Both the position numbers and the translations under genes were made by a program. A stretch of DNA of 61,294 bases, filler included, from Methanobacteriota archaeon (GTDB lineage: Archaea > JACRDV01): the NCBI GenBank assembly GCA_024860865.1. It is 5 parts of 5 records of this genome, joined end to end, with 100 filler letters (N's around TTAATTAATTAA, not from the genome) between each part and the next. Parts side by side here need not be neighbours in the genome. Positions count along the whole stretch, not along the records: positions 41,444 to 50,445 come from JACRDV010000053.1; positions 50,546 to 61,294 come from JACRDV010000052.1; 3 more parts are not named here. One strand, given 5' to 3'. Below the pieces are notes generated by a model. The model searched no databases and was not told the origin of the DNA. It worked only from the letters and a program-made list of their open reading frames with translations. Shown piece after piece: positions 42,568 to 52,080 of the stretch (position 1 is the first letter of the stretch; every line of letters starts with the position of its first letter).

Positions 42568-42990
42568 TCAGGCTTTAATTAATTTCTTACAATTGCTATA
42601 TACTCGTTCCGCTTCTTTTAGCGCTTTAATCCCGTCAGGTTCGTTAAAAAGCATCGATGGTGGCTTTTGGCTAGATTCATCCCCATAAAAAGCTGGACCC
42701 CTTTTCTTAGCTAAGTCAATAGAAGAATTTACCATAAAATCAACTTCAACTTTGAACCAATCAGGAAGATTTCTAATCTTCACTGCCTGAAGCAAAATAT
42801 CTCCTACATCATGGTCTTTAGGATATTCTATCGCTAAATATCTTAAAACAGCTTTTAACGAGAGCTCTACTGTTTCTTGTGATCTTTTAATTGTTAAAGG
42901 ATAATCTTTACTTAATAAAGCATTCTTCGCTTCATTCAGCGTCCTTTCAGCTCTGGTAATATAGTCTAATGCCATTTCACTGCTTTTCAA
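42568..42990 (-). CDS. HEPN domain protein
   Basis: SQETVELSLKA, PKDHDV, R.PAFYGDE. Confidence 0.88.
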   Translation of the reverse strand: MKSSEMALDYITRAERTLNEAKNALLSKDYPLTIKRSQETVELSLKAVLRYLAIEYPKDHDVGDILLQAVKIRNLPDWFKVEVDFMVNSSIDLAKKRGPAFYGDESSQKPPSMLFNEPDGIKALKEAERVYSNCKKLIKA

Positions 42991-43505
42991 ATCTCAACTA
43001 CCTCTCCTAGCTTATAATCTGGCTTTAGATCCCAGTACCATTTTCCAGGTTTGAGAAAAATTTTTTTAGCACCGATTTTCTCAAGTTTTTTTTCAAGTTC
43101 TTTTAAATGATTTTTTATGAAATCATTTTTATCGTACAAAATAATGCCGTCAGTGATTATATCCAGCAGAATTGGCGGATTTTTTATTATTTCATCAGGT
43201 GTGAGTGGAACTGGGCTAATCAATGTACCAAACTTCAGCTCTTTTAGCTTTTGATAGGCTTCAGTTTGTCTAAGCTTTTTTTCAATTTCATTAAAGACCT
43301 CGAATCTACTGCCGAAAGAACTGGCAAAACTTTTTGAAACAACTAAAAAATCAAGATCGCTACCTTCTCCAGCTTCTTCTCTAGCTACACTACCATACAA
43401 AACTAAAGAAATTAAATTTTCTTTAAAATAGCCTTTTATTGATTTAACAATCAAAGTTATATAATCTCGATATTCGCTTTGAATTGAACTGCTATTTCCC
43501 ACCAT
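42987..43505 (-). CDS. Minimal nucleotidyltransferase (MNT), HEPN partner
   Basis: LYGSVAR...SDLDFLVV, WYWDLKP. Confidence 0.88.
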   Translation of the reverse strand: MVGNSSSIQSEYRDYITLIVKSIKGYFKENLISLVLYGSVAREEAGEGSDLDFLVVSKSFASSFGSRFEVFNEIEKKLRQTEAYQKLKELKFGTLISPVPLTPDEIIKNPPILLDIITDGIILYDKNDFIKNHLKELEKKLEKIGAKKIFLKPGKWYWDLKPDYKLGEVVEI

Positions 43506-43511
43506 CTCACC

Positions 43512-44243
43512 CTAAACTTGCTCAAATTTCACAAATGCCCCATTACTAAAAATAGGAACAACATCGGTTAAATTAGCTTTTGAGCAATATTCAATATCTT
43601 CAATATTTTTAAAGGATTTTAATCTTTCACCCGTTTCCGAGCTTTCAATGAAACTCTTAATTTTATTTTGGTCATAATTAGCATAAATAGCGGCAGATTT
43701 TGCCCTTTCAGTTAACTGGTTGATTTCAAATCGACTCGCAATTAAACCCGCTCCAATCCAATCCTCAATTGCAAATTTTCCGATCCTTCCAACTGCCAAA
43801 ATAGTGACGTTAGTTCGATATTTATTTGCAAGGGTTTTAGCTACATTTGCTACTGCATATGTATTGATAAGAGCACCGATTAAAATTTCCTTAGCAAAGG
43901 GCTTAATTGCATTTATTGCTCTAGTACCATTTGTAGTGGTTAAAACTATTGTTTTATTTTTAACATCGCTTTTTGAAAGCTTAGCTGGAGAGTTGTTTAA
44001 ATCAAAAGTAGGTATTTCTACTCCAAATCTTTCTCCAGCAAGAATTGCACCCTCAAATTCTTTAGCAATTGTCTTGGCTTCCTCGATATCGCCAACAGCG
44101 ACTACTCTTTGGGCTCCATTTGCTAAAGCTGTTATAATAGTTGAGCTCGTTCTTAAAACATCAACTAAAATGAAAATATTTCGATCAAAAAAAGGTTGTG
44201 CTTCAAGATAAGGGATAGCGTCAATAACAATATCAAAGGCCAA
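43512..44243 (-). CDS. comB: 2-phosphosulfolactate phosphatase
   Basis: DVLRTSSTI, GER, NSP, TTTNGT, ED..GAG. Confidence 0.92.
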   Translation of the reverse strand: MAFDIVIDAIPYLEAQPFFDRNIFILVDVLRTSSTIITALANGAQRVVAVGDIEEAKTIAKEFEGAILAGERFGVEIPTFDLNNSPAKLSKSDVKNKTIVLTTTNGTRAINAIKPFAKEILIGALINTYAVANVAKTLANKYRTNVTILAVGRIGKFAIEDWIGAGLIASRFEINQLTERAKSAAIYANYDQNKIKSFIESSETGERLKSFKNIEDIEYCSKANLTDVVPIFSNGAFVKFEQV

Positions 44244-44259
44244 CTTAAACTCCTATTTA

Positions 44260-45042
44260 CTATTTGTTTAGCACGTCTGCCCTTAAACCTCGGCGAAGGG
44301 TTTCAAGTGGAATCACTTCTTCAGGTCTAATGTTTCCTAAGTTTACATCAGGTCCAAACCTTTTAATTAAAAACACTTGTTGGTTCTTCAATGGGGCTTC
44401 AAAAATTAAATCCTTAATGTCAACTTGTTTAACTATTGATATTACTCGAGGAAGCACGACCTCTCCATGTTCATTAAAAATACCTGTTGTTCCAGTTTCT
44501 CTAGCCTCAAGCGATACTTTTTCCGCTCCTAAATTGAGATATTCTTTTATTAATCTAATTCGCTCGTCAACTGTAATAGTTTGATCTTTTTCATAGCTTT
44601 TTTTTCCCACTTCAGCAAAAACTTTAAACCCAAGGCTTTTTGCAGTTTTAAGTATTTCGCTTCTTTGCTCCGGTGTTAGATCTATTACGCCTTCAGAAAT
44701 CTCAAATGCAGTTAATCCAAGTTCTTTTACCTCTGTTAAAAAATTCTTAACTTTACCCTGTAAAAGCGCTATTTCAAAGGAAGTTCCACCATTCATCACA
44801 TAAATTTTATTTTTTCTATAAAGTTCAATTTTTTGTTTGAGTAAATCTTTTGAAAATAGTTGCCATGTTCCCCAACCAAGTTTTATAACATCGATAAATT
44901 CTCCTGCTGTTGAAAGTAAATCTTCGGCGCCACGAATTCCCAATCCTTTATCTAGAACTATGGTGAGGCCTTGAGCCCTTGGTTTTGAGTTCCGGTTAGG
45001 AACTTGTATATCGCCTAAAATTGTCCTCATTTTAAACCTCAT
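44260..45042 (-). CDS. comA: Phosphosulfolactate synthase
   Basis: KPR..GLT.V.DKG, KLGWGT, EVGKK, EARE.G, FEAP.K.QQ, VNLGNI, LETLRRGLR.D. Confidence 0.95.
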   Translation of the reverse strand: MRFKMRTILGDIQVPNRNSKPRAQGLTIVLDKGLGIRGAEDLLSTAGEFIDVIKLGWGTWQLFSKDLLKQKIELYRKNKIYVMNGGTSFEIALLQGKVKNFLTEVKELGLTAFEISEGVIDLTPEQRSEILKTAKSLGFKVFAEVGKKSYEKDQTITVDERIRLIKEYLNLGAEKVSLEARETGTTGIFNEHGEVVLPRVISIVKQVDIKDLIFEAPLKNQQVFLIKRFGPDVNLGNIRPEEVIPLETLRRGLRADVLNK

Positions 45043-45077
45043 TCAATAAATTTTTTAAATGGTTAGTTTCCTGCTGG

Positions 45078-46478
45078 CTAGTTTTTCTTAAGGAGATCTT
45101 TAAGTTCTAGGATAACATAGCCTTGCTTGGAAAGTTCTTCTTTACCTTGGACCTTCTTGGCGAACAGGCCCAAGTATTCTGTCCGGTTTTCTTTCCTCCA
45201 TCTAAAGTCTTGAACCTTTCGCTCGAGCATTTGAAGTATCTTTTTGGCCTCAGCCTCTTTTAGACTGCTCCACTTTACTTCGAAGAACATTGCCGAGGGT
45301 TGGGCTTCATCTAGGGCTACACCATCGATTTCTATGTCTCTAAACCACCATCTTCCCACACTTTTCGGACGGATGGGCAAAAGGCCCTTTACTGTGAGGT
45401 GCCATAGGTTTTCTCTGAAAAGCTGCTCAAAGACTGTTCCAAGGTATACTTTATAGTCCCGTTGTACTTTCTCTATGATTGGCCCTATGTTCCCTAGCTC
45501 TAAGTCGGATTTGTTTGGGAAGAGGTATCGGAACCAGAAGGCCATGTAGGGATCGGCTATGCAATGGAGGGCCTTCCGTGGCTTAAGCCTCTCTCCGACT
45601 GGGTAGAGACGCTCCACCCAACCAAGTTCTTCCAGCACATTCACATATTTTGAAAGGAGGCTTTTTTCAAGACCTGTAGAGTTAGCTATCTCGCCGAAGG
45701 ATGATGCGCCTAAGGCTACGGCCCTGAGTATGGCTGAGTAGAACCTTGGCTCACGAAGCTCCTCCCTAAGCAGAAACTCAGCCTCACCATAGAGGAACTC
45801 CCCTTTCCTAAGGAACCTTTCCGATACGTTAGCCCAAAAGGAAACGTTGGGGTCGAACTTGAGGAGATACGCTGGAATCCCGCCGAGGCACCCGTAAACC
45901 CTGACGAGATCTTCTTCACTGTATTTGGGGAAGAACTCACTGAGGTATTGGAAACGTAAAGGTATGAGCTTCCATTGCCCAGTCCTTCTGCCGTAGAGAG
46001 GACTTCTGTAGCCCAACACCTCTGTCTCCATTATGCCCACGGATGAACCGAGGAGAATGAGCATAACTCGGCTGTTTTTAAGCTTCAGGTCCCAGATCTT
46101 CTGAAAAATAGACGGTATGGCCTTGTTGCCCTCGATGAGAGCGGGAAACTCGTCTAGGGCTACAATGATCCTGCCTCCCTTCCACCATTTTAGGAACTCT
46201 TCAAAAAGCTCCAGCCAGCCTTTCACCTCGAGCTTTGCGAAGGATTCATCTTTAAGCACCTGGGCCATTTTTGCTCGTAACTCGAGAAGTAGGTCCTTTT
46301 CAGGTCTCCTATCAGCCAGAAAATATAGAGCGGGCTTTCCCTTGATGAATCTTGCGACAAGCTCGGTCTTACCGACCCTTCTACGCCCATATATAACTAC
46401 AAGCTCGGGGCCCGTAGTATTGAATTTTTCCTCTAAGAACTGGAGCTCTTGATCCCTATTAACGAATAGTTGAATCAT
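45078..46478 (-). CDS. Archaeal ATPase with DUF234 and C-terminal nuclease-like domain
   Basis: FVNR..EL, YGRRRVGKT, DEFP, FEQ, WW...EID, FEVKW; visibly more GC-rich than its neighbours. Confidence 0.9.
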   Translation of the reverse strand: MIQLFVNRDQELQFLEEKFNTTGPELVVIYGRRRVGKTELVARFIKGKPALYFLADRRPEKDLLLELRAKMAQVLKDESFAKLEVKGWLELFEEFLKWWKGGRIIVALDEFPALIEGNKAIPSIFQKIWDLKLKNSRVMLILLGSSVGIMETEVLGYRSPLYGRRTGQWKLIPLRFQYLSEFFPKYSEEDLVRVYGCLGGIPAYLLKFDPNVSFWANVSERFLRKGEFLYGEAEFLLREELREPRFYSAILRAVALGASSFGEIANSTGLEKSLLSKYVNVLEELGWVERLYPVGERLKPRKALHCIADPYMAFWFRYLFPNKSDLELGNIGPIIEKVQRDYKVYLGTVFEQLFRENLWHLTVKGLLPIRPKSVGRWWFRDIEIDGVALDEAQPSAMFFEVKWSSLKEAEAKKILQMLERKVQDFRWRKENRTEYLGLFAKKVQGKEELSKQGYVILELKDLLKKN

Positions 46479-46732
46479 GAGTATAATACTCGTAATTCAA
46501 CTATTTAAGCTTAAGGTCCATGTTGACGACAACGATTGATCGGGATGCGATGCGGCCTCTTTATGTGTTTTTGTGGTTGAAGATCAAAACCTCCAGTTAT
46601 ATTCTTAAGAATACTTCATCCTCTGCATTGTCTTTCAATTCCCTTTTAATGGGATTTACCTTTTACATTCCATTGGAAAGTACAAAAGTTAAAGTCTACA
46701 TTAAGCGAATTAGCTATAGGTATTTGGATACC

Positions 46733-47233
46733 ATGAAAAAAAGCACTTTGGCAATCCTTCAGGGATTAAAAAGCGTAGGCATCAACTTTATCGTGAGTTT
46801 TCCATGCGTTTTACTAGAAGAGGTTATCAGAGCAATCGATTCAGAAAGAACTTTTAAGCACGTTCGTGTTACAAGAGAGGAAGAAGGGGTCGGAATTTCT
46901 GCAGGAGCCTACTTGGGTGGAAAAAAACCAGCTATATTAATGCAAAATTCCGGTTTAGGCAATTCAATAAATGCATTTGCTTCTTTGATTAATTTTTATA
47001 GAATTCCGTTGCTTCTATTAATAAGTCATAGAGGGGTTTTAGGTGAAGAAGTAGCAGCTCAAATTCCAATGGGTTTAGCTACGCCAAAGTTGCTCCAGGT
47101 ATTGGGAATTCCTTTCTTTGAACCCTTTTCAGCTGAAGAAATAAGTAAAACAATAAAAAAGGCTCAAGCTGTTGCTGAGTCCAATCAAAAACCTTTTGCA
47201 ATCTTATTAACTAAACCGGTGTTGGCAAAGTGA
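46733..47233 (+). CDS. comD: Sulfopyruvate decarboxylase alpha subunit
   Basis: PC, REEEGVGISAGAYLGG, MQNSGLGNS, SHRG...E...AQ.PMG. Confidence 0.85.
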   Translation: MKKSTLAILQGLKSVGINFIVSFPCVLLEEVIRAIDSERTFKHVRVTREEEGVGISAGAYLGGKKPAILMQNSGLGNSINAFASLINFYRIPLLLLISHRGVLGEEVAAQIPMGLATPKLLQVLGIPFFEPFSAEEISKTIKKAQAVAESNQKPFAILLTKPVLAK

Positions 47234-47796
47234 AAAGATTCGATGCAATTAAATCCATTGTTGAAGAATTAACTGATGAACTCGTTGTTTGTAATTTAGG
47301 TTATCCATGTCGCGAACTTTTTGCTATAAAAGATTCTCCAACTCACTTTTATATGCTCGGAAGCATGGGCTTGGCTTCTTCTATTGGATTGGGACTAGCT
47401 CTAGCTCTTCCCAAACGCAAAATTATAGTGTTAGATGGAGATGGGAGCTTATTGATGAATCTAGGCTCGTTTGCCACAATTGCAAATCAAAATCCAAGCA
47501 ATTTGGTATTAGTTGTTTTAGATAATGAAGCCCATGGTTCAACTGGTTTCCAACCTACTGCTACGGGAGGTTTAACTGATCTTGAAAGAGTTGCAAAAGG
47601 TGCAGGAATCGCAAATTCAATTACAGTAAAGAATAAGAAAAACCTTAAAAATTCATTAAAAAAAGCATTAAGAGACAAACAGATGCATCTAATTGTTGTG
47701 AAAATTGAAAAAGGAAATGCTAATGTTCCGCACGTCAATTTATCTCCTATTGAGATTAAAAATAGATTCATAAACGAAATAAAAAAATCAAAATAA
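47230..47796 (+). CDS. comE: Sulfopyruvate decarboxylase beta subunit
   Basis: NLGYPCREL, FYMLGSMGLASSIGLG, DGDGSLLMN, DN..HGSTG.Q. Confidence 0.88.
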   Translation: MKRFDAIKSIVEELTDELVVCNLGYPCRELFAIKDSPTHFYMLGSMGLASSIGLGLALALPKRKIIVLDGDGSLLMNLGSFATIANQNPSNLVLVVLDNEAHGSTGFQPTATGGLTDLERVAKGAGIANSITVKNKKNLKNSLKKALRDKQMHLIVVKIEKGNANVPHVNLSPIEIKNRFINEIKKSK

Positions 47797-47805
47797 TTTG
47801 TGAGA

Positions 47806-48219
47806 TTACAAGAAAGAATTCCAAGTTGCTTTTTTCAGATAATTTAATCCTTTTTTACGGTATTTCTCAGAAATTTCTGAATAATGGAGCTCGCCAGTTA
47901 AGAAATATTGTTGCAAATTATATACGGAGTTTTTATAGCATTCAATTGCTTTTCCATAATTATTGTGTGCTTTTTCAAGGGATTTAGGTGGGTTTAAAAT
48001 TTTAAGTTCTTCGTAAATAGTGGTTAATTCAGCATATACTTCGCTGCATGTCTTTACTATCTTTTCTGTATTTTCCGGATCTATTTTCCCATCTATTAAA
48101 TCGCGAATTCTTTTGATACAGATATTGGTAAGATTAGAAACAATCGCTTGTGCATTTCTTGATAATTTAAATGCTTTCTTTAAATATTCAATTTCATGCG
48201 ATTGACTGTCATGCCTCAT
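47806..48219 (-). CDS. Hypothetical helical protein
   Basis: 137-aa ORF with no recognised motif. Confidence 0.55.
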   Translation of the reverse strand: MRHDSQSHEIEYLKKAFKLSRNAQAIVSNLTNICIKRIRDLIDGKIDPENTEKIVKTCSEVYAELTTIYEELKILNPPKSLEKAHNNYGKAIECYKNSVYNLQQYFLTGELHYSEISEKYRKKGLNYLKKATWNSFL

Positions 48220-48303
48220 GAAAATCCCACTAATCGAGATATTTTTAAAGCAACACCACTATGTTTTTAAACAAATTGTACAAGTACTTTATGTGGTTGG
48301 AAA

Positions 48304-49293
48304 ATGCCTAAGATAACAGTGCTTTTAAGTGGTTCAGGTGGCCCAGCAGGCCTTGGAGCAATTAAAAGTTTAAAAGAAATTAAAGAGCGAAAAATTGGAA
48401 TTATTGGAGTTGATGCAGACCCCTTCGCTCCCGGCTCTTTCTTAGTTGATAAATTTTATACTGTTCCTAAAGCTTTTGAACAAAATTTTGTGGATAAGTT
48501 ATTTAGAATTTGCAAACGAGAAAAAATCGATGTGATCATTCCAACTGTTGATGATGAAATCTTTGTCCTATCGAATATAAAACAAAAATTTGAATCTGAA
48601 GATATTAGATTGTTAATACCCGATCATAAAACTTTTTTAAAAGCATATGATAAAGGACTAACCGTTAAAACAGCAGAAGAAAACGGCATCGATGTTCCAA
48701 AAACTTTCTTTCCAAATAATTCAATTGAACTGAAAAAAATATCTAAACAGTTGGGATCTCCATTTGTTGTTAGACCTAGAATTTCACATGGAGGGCGGGG
48801 GATATTCTATGTAGAGACAATTGCCGAAGCAACTGCCGCATTTAATTGGTTAAAACGAGAGGGTTCAATACCAATGGTCCAGCAATATGTTAAGAGAGGC
48901 TCTGTTTATTCCGTTGCAACGTTATTTGATAGAAGAAGCGAGCTGGTTGCAGTAGGAACAATGAAAAAGTTGAGAGAAAAACCGCCAAGCGGCGGAGTAG
49001 CATGGGCTGGCGAGACTGTAAAGAATCCTAAAATTCAAAAGCTTGGGATTAAAATCATAAAATCGTTTGAGAATTGGGTTGGTCCTGCAACTGCTGAAAT
49101 AAAATTTGATGGGAAAAATGCATATTTAATGGAAGTTAATCCCAGGCTTTGGGGGTATAACTATCTAATGACAAAAGCAGGAATTAATTTTCCATATCTT
49201 ACTGTTAAGCTTGCACTAAATGAAAAAGTTAAAGTTGGTAATTATAGGACAGGTTTAAAATTCGTAAGAGTCTGGGAAGATGTTGTATATTGA
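48304..49293 (+). CDS. ATP-grasp protein (CarB-like, often in glycan loci)
   Basis: GSGGPAG, IPTVDDE, DK, RPR...GGRG, EVNPR. Confidence 0.85.
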   Translation: MPKITVLLSGSGGPAGLGAIKSLKEIKERKIGIIGVDADPFAPGSFLVDKFYTVPKAFEQNFVDKLFRICKREKIDVIIPTVDDEIFVLSNIKQKFESEDIRLLIPDHKTFLKAYDKGLTVKTAEENGIDVPKTFFPNNSIELKKISKQLGSPFVVRPRISHGGRGIFYVETIAEATAAFNWLKREGSIPMVQQYVKRGSVYSVATLFDRRSELVAVGTMKKLREKPPSGGVAWAGETVKNPKIQKLGIKIIKSFENWVGPATAEIKFDGKNAYLMEVNPRLWGYNYLMTKAGINFPYLTVKLALNEKVKVGNYRTGLKFVRVWEDVVY

Positions 49294-49314
49294 AAAAATT
49301 TTTAGGATTCAATT

Positions 49315-50004
49315 ATGCAAGCTTTAATTTTAGTAGGTGGCAAAGGAGAGCGTTTGCGCCCGTTAACTGAAAGTTGTCCTAAAGCACTTTTAAAAGTTGG
49401 TGACAAGCCGTTACTCCAACATATAATAGAGTACCTTAAAGGGTATGAATTTAAAGAAATCATTCTTTGTGTAGGGTATCTTGGGGACCAAATTGTGAAA
49501 TATTTTGGGGATGGGTCGAAATATGGCGTAAAGATAACTTATTCTCGCGAACATAGGCCTCTTGGGACAGGCGGACCAGTAAAAAAGGCTGAGAAGTATA
49601 TAAACAGAACTTTTCTTACAATGAATGGCGATATCTTAACTGACCTGCCCCTTAACAAAATGATTGCATTTCACCAGAAGAATAAATGTATAGGAACTAT
49701 CGCCCTTGTTAAGATGCCCTCTCCTTATGGCGTAATCCACCTTACAAAATCTAAAATCAAATCCTTTGAAGAAAAACCAGTTTTGCCTTATTTTATTAAT
49801 GCTGGCGTCTATTTATTCCAACCTGAAATCTTAAAATTTTTCCCAAATGGGCCATCATCTATTGAATATGATGTTTTTCCAAAAGTTATAAAAGCAAAAA
49901 AGAAACTCTGCGGATTTAGAGCAGAAAATATTTCTTGGCTAGATATTGGGAGTTTTAAAGATTACAAACTTGCAAACGAGCTTTTTCGAGTTAAGCGCGA
50001 ATAG
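49315..50004 (+). CDS. NDP-sugar pyrophosphorylase-family nucleotidyltransferase
   Basis: GGKGERLRPLT...PK, LGTGG, NGD, INAGVY, WLDIG. Confidence 0.9.
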   Translation: MQALILVGGKGERLRPLTESCPKALLKVGDKPLLQHIIEYLKGYEFKEIILCVGYLGDQIVKYFGDGSKYGVKITYSREHRPLGTGGPVKKAEKYINRTFLTMNGDILTDLPLNKMIAFHQKNKCIGTIALVKMPSPYGVIHLTKSKIKSFEEKPVLPYFINAGVYLFQPEILKFFPNGPSSIEYDVFPKVIKAKKKLCGFRAENISWLDIGSFKDYKLANELFRVKRE

Positions 50005-50174
50005 TCAAGGTGTAAGACTTAACGGTGGAAACTTTCTAAAAAACATTAAAGAATCATAAAATGGATGACCCTAAAAAAATTCAAGCATGAACAAATGAAA
50101 TCTATAACAATGGATTAAATTTGGTCAGACTTAGGTAGACAAAAAAACTCAGCTACACTTTCTTAACATGAGCC

Positions 50175-50445
50175 TTAGCTTAATATCATTCGCGCATCTA
50201 TTGCTAATACACCATGATTTTTCTCATATACAAATAGTGGATTAACATCTAGCTCTTTTATTTGTGGTTGTTCGATCGCAAGTCTAGAAATCTTGAGCAA
50301 AGTATCAACAATCGCTTCGATATCAGCAGGCGGCCTCCCTCTAAACCCTTTTAAAATTGGGTATCCTTTTATCTCTTGAATCATCTCTTGAGCATCAGTT
50401 TTAGCAATTGGTGCAACTCTCATTGAAACATCTCTCATTATTTCT
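50175..50445 (-). CDS. ADP-forming acyl-CoA synthetase beta subunit, C-terminal partial
   Basis: DVS.RVAP, L.GFRG.PPAD, ELDVNP, DAR. Confidence 0.85.
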
Positions 50446-50545
50446 NNNNNNNNNNNNNNNNNNNNNNNNNNNNNNNNNNNNNNNNNNNNTTAATTAATTA
50501 ANNNNNNNNNNNNNNNNNNNNNNNNNNNNNNNNNNNNNNNNNNNN
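50446..50545. other. Artificial contig linker
   Basis: N-run with TTAATTAATTAA. Confidence 0.99.
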
Positions 50546-50674
50546 CCCCTCCGGGGAAATAAGACTGTTGTTTATCCAGTTCTTTTGTTGAAGGGATAAT
50601 TGTTGTTTTTATTTTTTAACAATATTAGAAATTCTAAATTGATCCTATGTCAACAATTAAATGATTCTACTTAA

Positions 50675-50699
50675 ATTGACCGGTCACTGACCGGTCAAT
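50675..50699. promoter_or_regulatory. Perfect 25-bp palindrome, probable operator
   Basis: ATTGACCGGTCA-C-TGACCGGTCAAT; each half contains the palindrome TGACCGGTCA. Confidence 0.6.
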
Positions 50700-50956
50700 C
50701 CCGGATAAGTATACTTACCATGGTTTGGTAATCGGGGGATATACTTTATAAAACAACAAGAATTCGAGGATACAATTCTAAATTGTCTTTATGAATTCGC
50801 AGCAGGATTAAAATTAACTAAGAAATGGAAACACGGACTAGAAGAAGAAATTGAAGGGTTTAAAAGTAAATTGGTTACGACGCAGTAAGAGATGGAAGAT
50901 GACCCGCCCGCCACCAACAGAAACATTTATTAGCCGGCTAATAGACATAAACTAAC

Positions 50957-51190
50957 ATGAACGTGAGCATAGAACTTACAGACAATCTGCTCGAATATGT
51001 TGATAGAATGGTCAAAAGCGGCATCTACAAGAGCAGAAGCGAAGTGGTTAGGGAAGCCATAAGGACAATGATACAGAATGACCTGAGAGAGCAAATCAAG
51101 GCGAAAGGTTTAACTCTAAAGGAGTTTAACCGAGTGCGAGAAGAGGTATCAGGTGAACTCATCAAGAAGAAGTACAGGAACAAGATTTAG
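50957..51190 (+). CDS. RHH (CopG-like) antitoxin
   Basis: VSIEL...VKSG.YKSRSEVVREAIR. Confidence 0.85.
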   Translation: MNVSIELTDNLLEYVDRMVKSGIYKSRSEVVREAIRTMIQNDLREQIKAKGLTLKEFNRVREEVSGELIKKKYRNKI

Positions 51191-51632
51191 GATCGTGGTA
51201 GATTCGAACATCCTCTATTCTGCAATAAATTTCCCACGTGGCAACGAGTATAAACTTTTTCTAAAAGCAGATGCGGGTAAGGTTGAAATCGTAATCCCAG
51301 ACTATGTCTATGACGAGACTAGAGCAGCATTCGAAAAGAGGGGCATTAATCCACAACTCGTAACTGATTTTCTCGATACATTTCACAATATCCATATCGA
51401 GGAAAGGGACATCTTGGGAGAGACAAAGACTATCAGAAAGGCAGAGGAGATAGTTCGAGACAGAAAAGACATACCAGTATTTGTATTTGCAAAAGTCGTT
51501 ATGGGGGAAGATGAAAACACCTACCTTGTGTCGGGAGATGAGGACTTGCTGACCTCTCTCGTGAAAGAGGAGTTATTCGGCAGGGTCAAGAAGGCGAGGA
51601 TGATGCTTAAACTCATTGAAAAAAGAGAATAA
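51153..51632 (+). CDS. PIN-domain (VapC-like) toxin
   Basis: IVVDSNIL, RD.KD, LVSGDEDLL; start uncertain. Confidence 0.85.
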   Translation: MNSSRRSTGTRFRIVVDSNILYSAINFPRGNEYKLFLKADAGKVEIVIPDYVYDETRAAFEKRGINPQLVTDFLDTFHNIHIEERDILGETKTIRKAEEIVRDRKDIPVFVFAKVVMGEDENTYLVSGDEDLLTSLVKEELFGRVKKARMMLKLIEKRE

Positions 51633-51695
51633 ACCTTGTTGTTCCATTCTATTCGTCCCGGTGTCTTTAACCTAGAGTCGTTTCCCTTCCGAGAC

Positions 51696-51890
51696 TTATT
51701 GCCAAGATAAGGATGTACTAGAGTCTGACGGAAGGACTTCGAACTTTGATGGTGGGCCTCCTAAGCTTAAGTGCTTTCTGAGAAAGTTGTAAAAGAGCAC
51801 GAATATTCTTAGGAAAGCTTTGATGTTGCTCAAGCCTTTTAAATTTATGTTGTTGCAATGTTTTGTTTTTACCTTAATAATAGGTAACAA
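51696..51890 (-). pseudogene. DDE transposase C-terminal remnant
   Basis: KG....AFLRIFVLFYNFLRKHLSLGG.P tail typical of IS integrase-core ends. Confidence 0.55.
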
Positions 51891-52080
51891 AGACGGCTCT
51901 TAAATTAAAGTGCGGTTATTTGCCTGAGATTAAAGAAAACACTATAGTTTCAAAAAGTAGATCGTAAAATGCTGATAAGAGCTCCATTGCTAATAACCAT
52001 TTAGGTTTGAGTTTTGACTAAAGAACCATAGCTGCCCCCATAGTTAACAAGAAACTTAAAACGCATAGAGCATTTCAAAG

